In this document: positions 26,437 through 40,400 of the stretch, one piece after another
How the letters are laid out: every line of letters starts with the position of its first letter
Numbering within the stretch: position 1 is the stretch's first letter
Source of the DNA: Laetmonice hystrix
Taxonomy: Eukaryota
NCBI GenBank assembly: GCA_965235115.1
Contig: OZ249437.1
Coordinates: forward strand, 51,026,001-51,090,000
Reading direction: 5' to 3'
Length of the DNA stretch: 64,000 nucleotides
Made by a program: the position numbers and the translations under genes
The notes under the pieces: generated by a model
Databases searched by the model: none
What the model saw: only the letters and a program-made list of their open reading frames with translations
Told to the model about the DNA's origin: nothing

Positions 26437-29400
26437 GGCCAGCAGCAGACTGTGAGCCTTCAGTGAGGCGTGACGATGCTACACCCTTGGCGCAGTCAAG
26501 TATGGCGAGAACGTCACTGGCCCACGGAGCATCCCTCTGTCTTCTTCTGCCTGGCTGCTCGCACGTTGACACCATTAGATAGCGATAAACAACTCCCAAA
26601 ATTCATCGCCTTGCTCTCATTATCGCCGTCCCACATGGCATGGTTATGGCCTCAATGACGATTAATGATTCGCCTTCCAGCTCTTTTGATTAACGTTATC
26701 CGATCACGCGCCGCAGGCATTGTTGAGGAAGAAGCTATCTGTTCGAGCAGGCGACGTCAGAAAAAAATGTCGCACAACTATTATGTTATACTGTCTTCGC
26801 ATTCGATGTGTGGGATAAGTATAATTTATCAGGCATTGGTTGGGGGGTCTCTTGATGGACCACTAGTCCCCCTGACTCCCCCGAGAATGGCATCTGGAGC
26901 GACGGCTGAACTGACACTGGAGTATAACTAACTCGCTGCGCTTAGATGGCAATGATCAACGTTGTACTTAATTAACTCTAATGTAATATCACTACTTCCC
27001 TTCGTTACACAATACCCCCATTACAACGGCGCACGTGTCAAGAACGTGCAAGAAGACGCATGCATTTAACTCAATGAAAATTAACGACACAAATAGATCA
27101 TGACCATTGTTATACGCTATATGATTTGTTTAAAGCACCGTTGGAGCCCAGCACGTCTACATGTTAATGCAACTATCATTCATTTTATATCTTCCACTTC
27201 AGTTATGAAATGCTATACATTTTGTATTTTAAAAGAACAACCGACCGCTTCAATTCAAGTTTATTTTTTTTTAAAGCACAGACTTTGATGTCAGAAGAGA
27301 AGGATAATATGGCATTGGTAAAACCGATCGTCTTTCATGCGTTAACTGTTATAATAGGTCCGTCTATAGGCCCACCTTTATGACAAACTTCGAAAAGGTT
27401 CAAGTATGCCATGGTACTCAAACTGCAATGCTGTGACAAAATCTGGAGCAGTTCTTACAAAAGCCATTAATGAAAGATAACAAGCTGAGATTTTCATTTG
27501 AGATCTGAAAACGACATCTCTGACATCTGACAGTCAGTCGAAATATCCTCGATAACTGTGCGCCAACTCATGAATCATGTGACTCCATGTCACCGCCGTT
27601 ATCGCCGATGACGCATATTGATTAAGTATTAACCATACGGAATTTCATCACTCATCCTTTTGTTTGAGGTTGGTTTTGTAAGGTGTACACGCAACCTGTG
27701 TGGAGAGGAAATTAATTAGGAGTTTTTGGTTTAGGGATGATGAAGTGGTGCTACGTTTGTGGATAAATAGGGACCTCGCCGTCTGCCTGTGTTGTCGCCG
27801 CTATATGCTAGTTAACATGGTGATAGGACCGGTAGGTATGTATATGAGGGAGCCGGTGTTTGTAGGTGGGAGATGTATACACCGTCATCGCTATGCCGTT
27901 ACAATACTCGATCTGTTACCGCCAGGAGCGCTACAAGAGGTCCCGCCACGTCGCCATAATGTTCGACATTTGTCAGCCACCTTGACGTCCAACCGGTCAG
28001 GTTTCACAACTTCCACCTGACCGCTCTCAGAAGAGAATGCACCGTGCCTGCTATTTTCTTCAACCCACTCTCAAGCACTTGTCGTGGCACGAGCGCCAAA
28101 AGGCAAAAAGCTCCCGAGATATGTGGCCCTCAAAAAAGGTCCCGGGCCGAGTCCTGACAGGTGATGGCCAAAATGAAAACCGTTTTAACGTCGTCCTATA
28201 GAATTGTATCCGTGAGGTCTTTGAATTTCTAAAAGATGTGATTCATAGGTTGGATGGGATGATGGGATGATGGGGGGATAACATCTGCTATAACTTGCAT
28301 GAAGATAAGGACTCCATATTCATTGTTCGCGTGTGGAAATTAACAGAAGTATCGTTGAAAAATATTTTTCTAGCGCCTGACGCCAGTGAAACATCTGCTC
28401 TTTGTTAATACGAGAAGGTAGGCATAGCTTTTTCAAATTCACGAATAACCGGGGATTTCACCAGCGTGGGAGACTTGGTCCCAACACTTCACAACTTTTC
28501 TCACTATAAACATTCCACAAAAAGTCTGCGCTCATACTGATTTATCAGTGAAAAGAAAACTTGCAAGAGGAACCGTTATATAATATATCTATGACCGTGT
28601 CGATTATACGATCTATGTATAATATGATTACCTATAGCAGGCTATACTGATCGGGCTGATGATGACATGATCAATGAATCATTATTGATCGAGGTTTAAA
28701 CAGGAGGTTCTTACAGACAGCCCCAGAATCCAAGTCGGAGTCCGGCCACGATCTGGCTATGTAGGTCACTAGGTGCTGCCTGTAGATGTTGGAGGATCGA
28801 GTGGCGATCAGTGAGAAGGATTGCCGGGTACGTACTGATCAATTGGTCGATGGCCTCGTACCGACTGCAGGATACGACCGGCTCTGTCTGTCTCTGTGCT
28901 GCCTGTCAGCAGTTGTCAGAAAGCCGGCAGAGATGGCAATTAGTCCATACATTTGTAAAACCTGCGATTAAAGAAGCAAACAACCACTCTAACCCCTTGG
29001 TCGGGCCGAGGATATTTGAGATTGAATGCGTTCTTTTTGTGACTAAGGGACTTGGGAACGATGAGATATCGGAGAGGTGAGGTGGAGACTACTTCAGAGA
29101 AAGTTGGAAACACCTAAACAGGACCCGACCTCTTGGTTCTAAATCGATATTATATATCTGTAGGGACGGCTATAGAGGCCTATGATTCAACTTTGAAGGA
29201 AGCGAATGACTAGACCTCGGAAGTATAAAACGGAATACTCCTATTTTCAGCTTTGAGGGCGGAACAAATGAAACTGTGCTGTAGATGCTGTAGGATGACC
29301 CGCTTGCCTATGTGTGCCGTTACAGATGCAGTGTCCTGCAGATTATACAAACAATTAACGTCAATTAATGATTACATACATCTAATATATACTATGTAGG

Positions 29401-30084
29401 TTTATCTTGTTTGTAAAAATATTTTCACAAGAATATGATATACTTTAGAATTAAATACAATGCATGAATGGGACCTCTCGGCTCTGTACATCAGTTTGAT
29501 CTTATACTATAACATCAATACATATACTTGGCTTTCATAAATACCAGCGACTTGTTACGCTGTGTTACTTATAAAGGAAACAAAGAAACTTGTAATTATA
29601 GGAGAACATTAAAGGTGCGGGTAAACTCGGTAATGTATAGGTGTCATTCATATACAGTAAGCTGTAGTTATGTAAACCTTTTCCTCAGCTGCTAATATGT
29701 CTAAACTTCTGCTAATGCCCTCTATTGTCCGCGTAATCCTATTGTGAAAAGAAGCCTATTTCGAAGCTCGCTGCAAGTGGCGCTTGTAATTGAAACTCTC
29801 AGCCTCGCCAAGAGCTCTCTGAAGTTTCTATATGTCTGTATATTTAGTTCATGTGGCATTTACAAAAGAATACACAGTGGCACCATCTAATACTTACGAG
29901 ACAATGGCAAAGTGGCTCAGGTGGAAATTCTCTAAGTTAACTGTCTTCCCATGCACCCTATGCACATTAAAGGCAGACTATAGAATTGAAAGAATAATAG
30001 ACTATAGAGTATACATTGTTATAAGTCAAGAATGAATACAGAAGTGAGAAAACCTTATCTATTTTTGGTCATTTTAAACTACAG

Positions 30085-30228
30085 TTTTATACCTAAAATA
30101 AGCCAGAATGTGACTACTGGTGTCTTTTATCCCCAAAACCTCCAGGGCCGAGGCGGCTCCTAGACCCTCGCTTGTGGTGTAGCCCCCCCCCCACCACCAC
30201 CAATCCGAAATTGCTTCCGCCGTGCCTG
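30085..30228. mobile_element. Possible MITE fragment (right end)
   Basis: Poly-C/CCA run followed by aatccgaaattgCTTCCGCCGTGCCTG. Same architecture as the 24571 end (homopolymer, short spacer, ...CCTG terminus). Left arm not found. Confidence 0.3.
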
Positions 30229-32397
30229 ATTTGGGTGTAGAACCTGGAACTCTATTTACTGACCAAGGTAAAACCCGTGCTCACTCTACTGTATACCCCA
30301 ATACAGCTGGATAGGATATATAGATAACTGGCAAATTGATAAACGATGGTTACATTATAGTGGCAGGCTCTTGCTTATAACGCAGTCCAGGTAAAAATTG
30401 GCATCAGTCTAGTGTCACTGTGGAAGAATTCACAGAGGTGTGTAATCAACACCAGCCGGTACTCTGATCGATGGTGGACTTCCCCTCTACCTGGACCGGC
30501 GGGCAGGAGGACTTCAAGGCAGATCCAACATCTAACTTTATCTCCATCTGTCAAAAGCCCCTGCATTTCCGAGCCGCAGTTGGGAGCGTTGCCGAGGCAA
30601 CCCAACGGTGCAGCCAGTCGACCGGTAGGGGAGACTTAATGAAGCATTAGGTCGACATGACCGTAAGATTGTGACTATAGAGGAAAGGGGCCCTGCTCTG
30701 AAGATCTGCACTTACTTCACGCAATCGTAGAAGAACGTCACTAAGTTTGGGGACCAGTGAACCGAACGAAACACACAGAATCTATACAAATAATTCATAG
30801 TTCGGAATTGCTTCCCAGTAACAAAAGGGCATGCACGAACAGAGCTCTTTTCTCCACGTTTTATTCCCTTCTATCTGATATTAGTCAGAAGTGACATTGT
30901 AGGCAATGTATGGGGAATGCTCGATCCTCTACGGAAAAATCCGATTGATATTAAATGAAAATCGTTGTACTGCGATAAAGGCAGTATAGAGACGTGTTAT
31001 ACTGAATGGGCCAACAGGGCTGGCCGAAGCAGCTCCATATGGCATAGTACTTATACTTGCATATATTCCTCAGTCCTCATTTGGCTTGCTTGATTCGTGC
31101 AGGCTGCGCAAACTTCCTTCCTCATTTGCAGCCTGCCGGTGCTGGTAGAATATTAGACCAGCTGTGCGATGGCGAAACCGATCGGGCTGACCCTCGACAC
31201 CGCTGAGCCTCGCCGAAAATGTGCTAATTGGGCCTAGGGCGACCGCAGTCGGCCGAGGGGCGGCTCGAGCCCAAAGTTGGTCCTCTTAACCTGTCTGCCC
31301 TTAAATACCCCCATCTCATACAATTATTCAGCCGGATAAATTCTACAGGGGCCAGATGCGGCGATTTCGTACACAAGGGGTTCAGTTTCAGGATGTATTC
31401 CGGGGTGGCGGAGTGAAAAAAAGGGGGAAAGAAAATGGCGAGGTATATGTATGCGAGGGTGCCATCGAACTAATATATCTGACGCTGTGTTATCTGTAGA
31501 AGGTGAAATATGTGGGTATGAACCTTGCGGTGGCTTGGTTTATGAGTAGGGAATGTGAGGTTTAGAGACGGGTCGTGGTTGGAGATTGTGGCCGGGGGGA
31601 CGCTGGGTGGGTGGGGGTGGGGTACAGGCGTCACCATCAGGGTAGGTGTGACCCGCGTGTCTTATCACCCGATCTGACGCCCTCAGGGCACGAACCGTTA
31701 CACGAGCGACGACGCCCTCTGAAATGTATTTAACCGGGAGCACCGTACACCACCAGGGACGGCAGCCACAACCTTCCAAACAATAACATCAGCGGCACAT
31801 TTACCTAATGCTTAGATATGTATACAATGCCTTGCATACCGTAGCTTTAGGCAGAGGTAATTCCTCTCCAGCCTGTAGGGCTGTAGAATGAATCATGTAA
31901 ACATAGAAGGTAATCGGACAGAGGATATCGTGTCCATAAGTTACTGGGCCATTACAAAATGATATCTCGTCAAGTAAAATGAGAGGGAAAGCCATAAAAA
32001 AACATTAATCATCGAAATACATTTACTGCCCCGCGGTGCCATGGTTTGTTTTTCTTCTGAGGCAAGTTGAGAAAGACGACTTTGAGTTAGGGCTGATATA
32101 TTTGAGCAGCCTACTGTCTCCAGACAAGTGAAGTGTACCGCTCCAGTAACGTCATTGTCTTATTGCCTGTCTCTATACCGACCCAAGCGTCTGATTAAGT
32201 CGGTGTCGCGGGTGGCTAATAATGGTCCCTGAGCTGGTCAGTCAGCGTCTGATATCGACCAGTTTCAGAAGGTAAAGATGTGCTGGTCTGATTACAAGGT
32301 GTGATCGGCCTAGCCTTGACCGATGGTCAGAACACGCTACCCACTACCGGCTTCGTCGTCATGTGATGATCCATGGACTCCGGTTTACGGCGATCGG

Positions 32398-32458
32398 GTG
32401 GGGGGTTGGGGTTGGTGGGGGTGCGGGTATTAGTGGGGGTTGGGGTTGGTGGGGGTTG
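32398..32458. repeat. G-rich duplication (gtgggggttggggttggtgggggt) x 2
   Basis: Two copies separated by gcgggtatta; many G4-G6 tracts. Confidence 0.85.
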
Positions 32459-33754
32459 GAGGCTGGAAACCGGGGTCAGTCAGTAAAGCCCTAACTAAGA
32501 TGTACTGATTAGATGACGATCGAGGGGAACTAACCAAGAGTAGGGGGCAGCTAGAAGTAGAAAGAAGGCAGAAAAAACCCCGCAGAAAACTCAACTCAAC
32601 ATCGGGGACTACTGATACACAGTGATAGTGGGATGGCGGGCTCTGGCATTTCTTTCTCTGAAGACTGCTGAAATATTTCTTTAAGACAGCTGATGTCCTG
32701 ATATATGTACACAAGATTTTCCCGACTTTTTTTAAAAATGAAATACTAGTCCAAGTTATATACCCTGAAGGCGGTTGTGGTCAGATTTGGGATGCCACAT
32801 AGGATCTAGAAATTTGAGACCAGCAGTAGGCTACATAGAAATGACACCTGCCCTCGAGATGAGCCAGTTACTCGAGGGCACGAACGACACAGGTTGCCTG
32901 ATGTCTGTTAACTGGAAAACTCGTTCACAAAAATCGGTATAAAGAATCTTCTTGTAAAAGGAATTGGTTGGGACGGGGCCGCAGTTGTTTGACGTCTCTT
33001 AGCTCTAATCGGTGCACACCACTGTGTAAATATACACGACTCCAGCTGTATCAAATTGATGAACACTTTTGTCTTTTTATGGGACAAACATAGCGTTATT
33101 TCTCTATTTCTCTATGGATGTCTTATTGTATATCTGACAGAAAATCTTATATTATAATCACAGATGTACGCTGGTTTGTATCATATGGACACATCTAGTA
33201 TATATACCTCACATATAATCTATCCAAGTACACAATGGAGGATGTGACTTGTACTCGGTTTCTGGATAGTACACTATGGTCTACGTCATATCCACTCGCT
33301 ATACGGTCTGTGTATACCAGGGGAGTGCCTGCAGCATTAGGCGTTGATCTATTAGTGCGGTCCATTAGCCATGTCTTGCAAGTAACCCTATATGGATACA
33401 CTACCTTCAGCGAATATAATACAGTCTTATATGTATGACCCCAGGATATCCGACAACATTACGCAGTGTGTACTCTGTGTTAGTAAAATTATATACAGTG
33501 ATACATGTTTCTCTTTGTGAAGCCTCAGAAAGCGGCCATTGCACTGATACAGTCTGATAACGATTGCAGTGGGAACGCGACCGTCTTTAGTAAATGGGTT
33601 CGCACTATGTTTATCGATCCCAGGTGCAGCTATCTTCTATAGTGAGAACTAATGATCTTCCAGCGAAAGTGTTCGTAATTGGCCGCCGTCAAGATGGACC
33701 TGGCGTTATGATGGGTCGATCGGTCGGGCCCGGGGTCTGCCACCTCCTTGATAT

Positions 33755-34120
33755 CCTCCGTCCGGGAGGACCATCCTCTCCTCACTGATACCCTCTGTCC
33801 GGGAGGACCATCCTCTCTCACTGGTACCCTCTGTCCGGGGAGGACCATCCTCTCCTCGCTGGTACCCTCTGTCCGGGGAGGACCATCCTCTCCTCACTGG
33901 TGTCCTCCGTCCGGGAGGACCATCCTCTCCTCGCTGGTACCCTCTGTCCGGGGAGGACCATCCTCTCCTCACTGGTGTCCTCCGTCCGGGAGGACCATCC
34001 TCTCCCATCCGGGAGGACCATCCTCTCCTCACTGGTACCCTCTGTCCGGGAGGACCATCCTCTCCTCACTGGTACCCTCTGCCCGGGGAGGACCATCCTC
34101 TCCTCACTGGTACCCTCTGT
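33755..34120. repeat. Minisatellite, about 37-38-bp unit x about 10
   Basis: Unit cctctgtccggg(g)aggaccatcctctcctcactggtac, with indel variants and one truncated copy near 34000. It produces the cluster of overlapping ORFs at 33630-34266. Confidence 0.96.
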
Positions 34121-34832
34121 GTATACATAGCGGAGGATCTCCCAGTACAGGCGTGTGACAATATAATTACGTAATCGTCAAACTGCGTTTTGTCGTACAC
34201 ACAGATCCGCTGTCTACAATTGTATGAAGTGAAATGTACACATTTGGACGTAGACCTTTTCACCACTTGTCCTTACGACCCTGAACGGGACGGCCTGGCG
34301 ATATATCAAACCAGTCGTACTTGCCGAGCTATTGTCCTCAGATGTCATTTACAACGGGTTGATCTGCTGTCGAGAAGGATGTACTTCGCAAGGATCGTCA
34401 TTTTCTCGTCAAGTCTCGGTCTAGTGGCTGCAAATTGAATTAAGTATACGGCGGTGGCTGGGAGAACATCGATCATTCCTGTGGTAGGGCACAGTGTCTC
34501 AGTTCTATCACGTTTACATTACAAGGAAGGGTGCATCTTATAATTATTGAGAGACCGCCTGGTCATCCGAGTGTTTTGGTATTGTACTTGCTGAGAGTGA
34601 AACGGCAAGTTCTAAGACCGTAAAAATAACAACTTATATGGTTATCGTAAAGTGAGATGGATCATTCTGTGAGGCTGACGAAAACCTCGGAAGATGTACA
34701 CCTGCTGCCTTGGTATATAGGAAAACACCAGTAAAATGTGTGTAACAACAAATGGACCCCCAACAAAATTAATGGACACCAAGGAACTATGATAATGAAT
34801 GATAAAGAATTATAGTCTTTGTTCAGTCTGAG

Positions 34833-34875
34833 GCGCGCGCCACACCGGAACCGGAAGTATTACCCAGCATCCTCC
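34833..34875 (+). promoter_or_regulatory. Promoter-like motif cluster: GCGCGCGC, tandem ETS cores, ZNF143/STAF-like site
   Basis: GCGCGCGC 34833-34840, CCGGAA 34845-34850, CCGGAAGT 34851-34858, then TACCCAGCATCC. The motif identities are established; function at this site is inference. Confidence 0.3.
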
Positions 34876-35731
34876 GGCAGGTCATGTATACAGCGACACA
34901 CACTAAGTGCCTAACCAAGTGGTACATCCAATATACAGGGTGGTCAGCGTGAGAACCTCCCATAAATATATACATCACATTTTTTCTTGTCACGCGTTAA
35001 TGACCTTACTTGCCCGCACTAACCACTTCCGCCTATCATTGGCTAAAACCGGAAACCCACATGACCGCCGAGGTTGTCCCTTGTTCTACTCCGAATTCTG
35101 AGCGGGACGCGGGCGGGGTGGGTGGAGGTGGGGGGGGGGGGGTATAGGTGAGAGGTGGCTTGTCCCTCCAGCACAGGTCGGGGTGGGTTGGGGTGCGGTG
35201 GTGGTGTCCCTCCAGCTGGAGTCCGACCATGGAGCAGCAGCTGTCCCGCCGCAGTAGGCTGATGTCACTCCGTGTAAAGATTAACGTGTGTAGTCCGTGT
35301 TTGTTGCTACACGCCGGCGGTGCTCTTTTGACATGAGGCATCGCTAACACAAGCTTTACATTGGACCCTGCATGAAAACCAAGCGCCGGTATTTATGCAT
35401 CTGCCTTTTTTACAGGTGATTTTTTAGTAGCCCTATCGTATATCCTAACGGGAATTTCCTCCTTTAGCCATGCAATGCTCCATGATATGATAGTCATAGA
35501 GACCTAATGATAACTTGCCTTACCTTTCATCTCAGAGAGGGATTAAACTAATATATTGACGTACACGTATGCCTTTTTTGTCAGAGCTATAGTTTTATAC
35601 ATGATGCACAGATGCATACACAGGTCTACACGATAGACAAGTATTAAAAAGTATGGTATAAAATTTTGAAAAAATAGGTTGCGCTCTTTAATTAGACTTT
35701 TTGGTTGGGGGGGGGGGGGGTTGTCCTCTAT

Positions 35732-36000
35732 AGAGAATCAGTTGTCAAGATGTTGAATCTGAAGTTTAGTTTCAACTATACACAGTGATTTATAGAGCAT
35801 CAGTTGTCAAGATGTTGAATCTGAAGTTTAGTTTCAACTATACACAGTGATTTATAGAGCATCAGTTGTCAAGATGTTGAATCTAAAGTTTAGTTTCAAC
35901 TATACACAGTGATTTATAGAGCATCAGTTGTCAAGATGTTGAATCTGAAGTTTAGTTTCAACTATACACAGTGATTTATAGAGCATCAGTTGCCAAGATG
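35732..36000. repeat. Minisatellite, 62-bp unit x 4.3
   Basis: Unit agagcatcagttgtcaagatgttgaatctgaagtttagtttcaactatacacagtgatttat at 35732, 35794, 35856, 35918, 35980. Confidence 0.97.
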
Positions 36001-37237
36001 GTTGGATTCACGTGAAATCTCAAGCGGGGTACTTGGTTGAAATGCCATGAACCCCGAAGGTAAGGAAATAATTGTAAATAAAACTGCATGCATCATCGTA
36101 AAATGTCTTTACCACACAACCCTTGTCAGCCAGAGGCGGTCCAGACGAATGCGCCCAAAATCTCGTTTTGGACGCGACCACACGCGTGCCTTTCGTGATG
36201 AATCACGCCCCGTGCACACGGCCCCAACCACAACTCGCCACCTTAATTAATTTGTCCTCCTTACAAAGTAACATTTCACAAAGAATACTTGGGACAGAGT
36301 GAAATATCCGGGACTACATTTTACACTTTCACTGCGTGTAGTAATTCGAACCTCATCATGGGCGACTGCTGTGAGTGTTTCATTTCGCAAGGCTGAGTGT
36401 GTTCAATCGTAGTCGCAGTGAACAAATTTGGACAGAATGTATTCGATGACAAAAGTAAAGTCAGGCTTATTCAACTTTTATGCTGTGTGGAAATGACGCC
36501 TGCCGCAGCCATAAGTAGAACGTTCACAGTTTTTTTTGGAAATCAAATAATGCGCCGATATTATAGTAGAAATTTGAGTTGTTACTGTTTCCGTTTGTTT
36601 GCAAGTTCCAGTGTGGTTTGCGTGACAAATACCAATGTCTATTGACTGGTAGAGGTCGCCATGATGACCGTGATCGGGCGTACTGATTTATAACGACGCT
36701 ACCGTTACGATATCCGCTGGACCCGCACTGACCCCCCATCAAACCGGACTGGACGAATATCCTCCTGAGATTCCTCCGCAAAGGTTTGCACGATAAACGT
36801 GATAACGGCGGCGACAGGTCGATTCAGCAATGGCTGAGTGGTGAAATAAGATGGGAGGTGGGGCGTTTATCGTGGCGAGGTGGGAGGGCTTAGTGAGAGT
36901 CGGCTGGCCGGGCAGTGGTCGGGGGAGGGGGGAGGGAGAGGGGGCAAGGGGGCCCGGGGTCCGCGAGGTTAACAGGCACGTACTGCCGGCCATCGCTTCT
37001 TTATGGTTATGGTCCCTGCGGCATGACATGTAGACGATATAGCCGGTCGTCATTGCCGGCCTATAGCATGGCCGCCTCCCCCTCCCTCTCCCCGCCCCCC
37101 GGCATGCAGGCCAGCCCAGGTATAGGCACCGTCCTTGACAGCCATGTGGCAGCAATCAGCTAGTATAGGCCAAGTCCCTGCCCACAGCTGGATCAAAGGC
37201 CCTGACAGAGATCATATCTCGATCACTGGTTATTTGG

Positions 37238-37471
37238 CCGCCCCCTTATAACTGCCCATGTCTCAGACCGTTGCCGGACCTGACGAGTGCCCCCCCGCCC
37301 CCTTATAACTGCCCATGTCCCAGACCCTGGCCGCATCTGACGAGTGCCCCCCGCCCCCTTATAACTGCCCATGTCCCAGACCCTGGCCGGACCTGACGAG
37401 TGCCCCCCCGCCCCCTTATAACTGCCCATGTCTCAGACCCTTGCCGGACCTGACCAGTGCCCCCCCCCCCG
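37238..37471. repeat. Minisatellite, about 57-bp GC-rich unit x 4
   Basis: Unit cgcccccttataactgcccatgt(c/t)ccagaccc(t)ggccggacctgacgagtg(c)n; the poly-C length varies. Confidence 0.95.
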
Positions 37472-40400
37472 CGCTCCCCAACCCATGGATCCGCCCGGGT
37501 CGCCTCTGTTATAGGTTCTGACAGCTGACCCCCAAGCCCCCCCCCCACCCCCCACCCCAGCCTCCCGGCTGAACTTTCCTATATCCTGACCACATACTCT
37601 CCTCTCAGTCTCAGTGTCGCCATCTATATAATTATACCCTCGACATTAAAGCCGAGGTCTGCCTATATATCCGGCGAGTGTCTTTGCTAGTCGCTGGGTT
37701 TGATCTTTGATGTCGAAATGTTTGCCCAAGCCTCGTTGTCCAGACCAAGTCTTAAGACGATGATTATAGGGTCGGTTGTTGCGATGGCTCCAGTATCGAC
37801 CCTTTTACATGAAGGCGTGGCCCCAACCTGAACGGAAATGGATGTGATCCATAGATCCTTTACAGTGAGGCCAACTTAATGGCTTAACTCGGAGATGTTC
37901 GACAATGTACCTCAATAAAGGTCCTGGAGACCATCAACCTTGTCTACATATACTGATAAGGCCTTTGACTTTCTGCTTCCTGTATCGCTTCTAACGCCAC
38001 TATTACTTCGATAAACGCTTTAAATTTATTCAGTCCAATTCAGATTTAATGACGCTTTAATGTCGCCTATACGTTCCCGAGTATCAATTTTGTTGACCTT
38101 CAAATAGAAGTGTCGATTGGCGTCACATCCGAAGTGATACTGCTGAGCTCTCATGTTGCAGGCGCGATCAGACTGTCTGACGCATGATGTTGACTTAAAA
38201 TCATGGCTTACTTGGTGAACCACACATTTCCAACACTTATAGTCTGGATCTGTACCGGTAATTCAATAAATCAATGCGCTCAGTCCGACACAGAACGACA
38301 GCACAGGATGCGATGTTCAAACACTGAACGTATATAGTACAGCATTGCGGCTGTTAGGGTAGGAAATATCTTTATGGTGGATTGCCTGAAACACGCCGTC
38401 CTTTTGTGTGTATTAATATACATTCAGCTATTCGGATGGCAATAGGCATTCCCCATAACACAGGACACCATGTTTTGGAGAACAGACTCTTGCAAAGAAC
38501 ACGATATACTAACTTATGGACATTAGGCCTATCTCGCCCTCTGATGATGTTTTTTTAAAGGTATTTTACTCTTATTTGTCGACATTCAGATAGATTTGTA
38601 ATATGCGATGTCGATATTGTGGAGTCACCGGACAGTTATCTACCCGAGACATCATTATCTTTGAAGGCCCTTTGTAATGTAACCCAAGTGGCCTTCTAAA
38701 GCCTGCTTCGCATTTCCATTTGGATTTAACGACGTTCTTTAGAACCCAGTGAACATTTTCATGCTGTTTACTGACAGTTTTCAAAAACACATAGCTGCAT
38801 AAGGAACACTTAGGTTTCATATATCTCCCTTATCTCTGACGTTTACGATCTCCTGATAGCCTTGGTCACAGTCCCAGTTAGAGAGGACTCACGTCACGGT
38901 AGATGAGATGCCTAGACCCCTGTCACCTTGTTTCTGATTACTCGCAACCTTCGAACTCAATTTGCGTTTTATCACTGAAAAGTGGAAACTACGTTAAGTG
39001 CAACGTCTTGACAAAGAGGAAAACTAATTGGAGGTATCAGTTTCCTTCATCGCATAGTTCCGTCGAACTGTGATAATTTTGATACGGTATTTTATGTGTT
39101 TCATGCCGAGAGCATGTTATAGATAACAAGGCAGTTATAGTGCCATTCATAGAAACCCTATTTGGTTTAACCTAGTCGCCAAACACGGAGAAAAACGTAA
39201 TTTAGGTAAACGTCTGATTTCTTCGTTTGGTTTTTGGCAGTGATGGATCACCTTTCAAGTTTTCGACCGGCAACTTAATGGTCGTACTGGTGCATTCCAA
39301 GCTAATGTGCTTTCGATTAATGATGATGGCATAGAAGCTAACAAAAATTTAGTTGAGAGAAAATCAGAACCGGTCATTCATCAATAGGTTTTCTGGGGAT
39401 CCTGTAACTAGCCTCTCCATTAGGATGGGGGACTAAACAAAGAAGTACGAGCAGCAGACTATATCCCTCAATGTCTGCATGCTATCCCCGGTTTTACATC
39501 GCCATTGTTCCACTGCTCCCGTTGTGTGTGCAAGGACAAGGGCACATTAATATTTCTCTGCTGACATCCTTGATCCCGGGTGGTTTGGGATGTCTTAATA
39601 GGGGGAGTGGCGCCCTATTGAATTCAGTGACGCTTCATTTGCGTTCTGGCCACCACCAATGGCTTCATTCGGATCTGGTTAGGGTTCATTGGTTTTAGAA
39701 CTGCAAACATAATTAATTGGTGGGTGGAAGACGGTCGGTCCAGGATCAGAGTGGATTAAAAGGACAAGTAGGATGGGAACATCTTCCTGGGCTGAGTAAT
39801 GAGGCACAATTAGGTCTTGAACTCCATGTACTCCAAGAGAGATCGGTTTCTATTCAACTGGGCCAGCGCCATGCATTTCTTCTTTTGTTCAGAACACATC
39901 GGCATGTTTTCAAAAACCGAAGTTTATGAGAATACAAAATACAGAATATGAAAATTAAATATGTACGAATAGAAGTGTGTTCGATGACAGAACTATACTT
40001 AATACACAAAGGGACACGCGATTGATATAACATTATATGTATACAAGTTACACGCATGACACAGGGGCGTTGACACGCACGTGCATTTATACATCCATAA
40101 TGCATACATTTAGATAAATACATTATAATATATTAATCTATAGATCAAATCTACATTTTGCACCCCGTTCTGAATACACCGTATAGAAAAGCATACTCAG
40201 GATATATGCACGGAAACGCTCGGTTTGCCTCTAAATAATGCACATTAAAACGTTAGGCGTAGTAGCACACAATCATTTGATCGGATCCCCCCTCCTCACC
40301 TGTAGCCAGGCGCCAAAACTAACACAAGAGGCGCATGCAAGGCCGCCATTAAGTCAACTGACACCAAAACACAACATAAATAAATGATCCCAGCACATGT

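Noticed and set aside
12481-31440. Three AAAATGGCG (YY1-like) motifs at 12481, 17772 and 31432
   Set aside because: Only a mild post hoc excess, with no supporting promoter context at those sites; not enough to call regulatory elements.
39471-39580. MSACYPRFYIAIVPLLPLCVQG as the missing signal-peptide exon
   Set aside because: The only phase-1 donor is a weak GTGGTT and it would add an atypical spacer; the sequence alone cannot support it.
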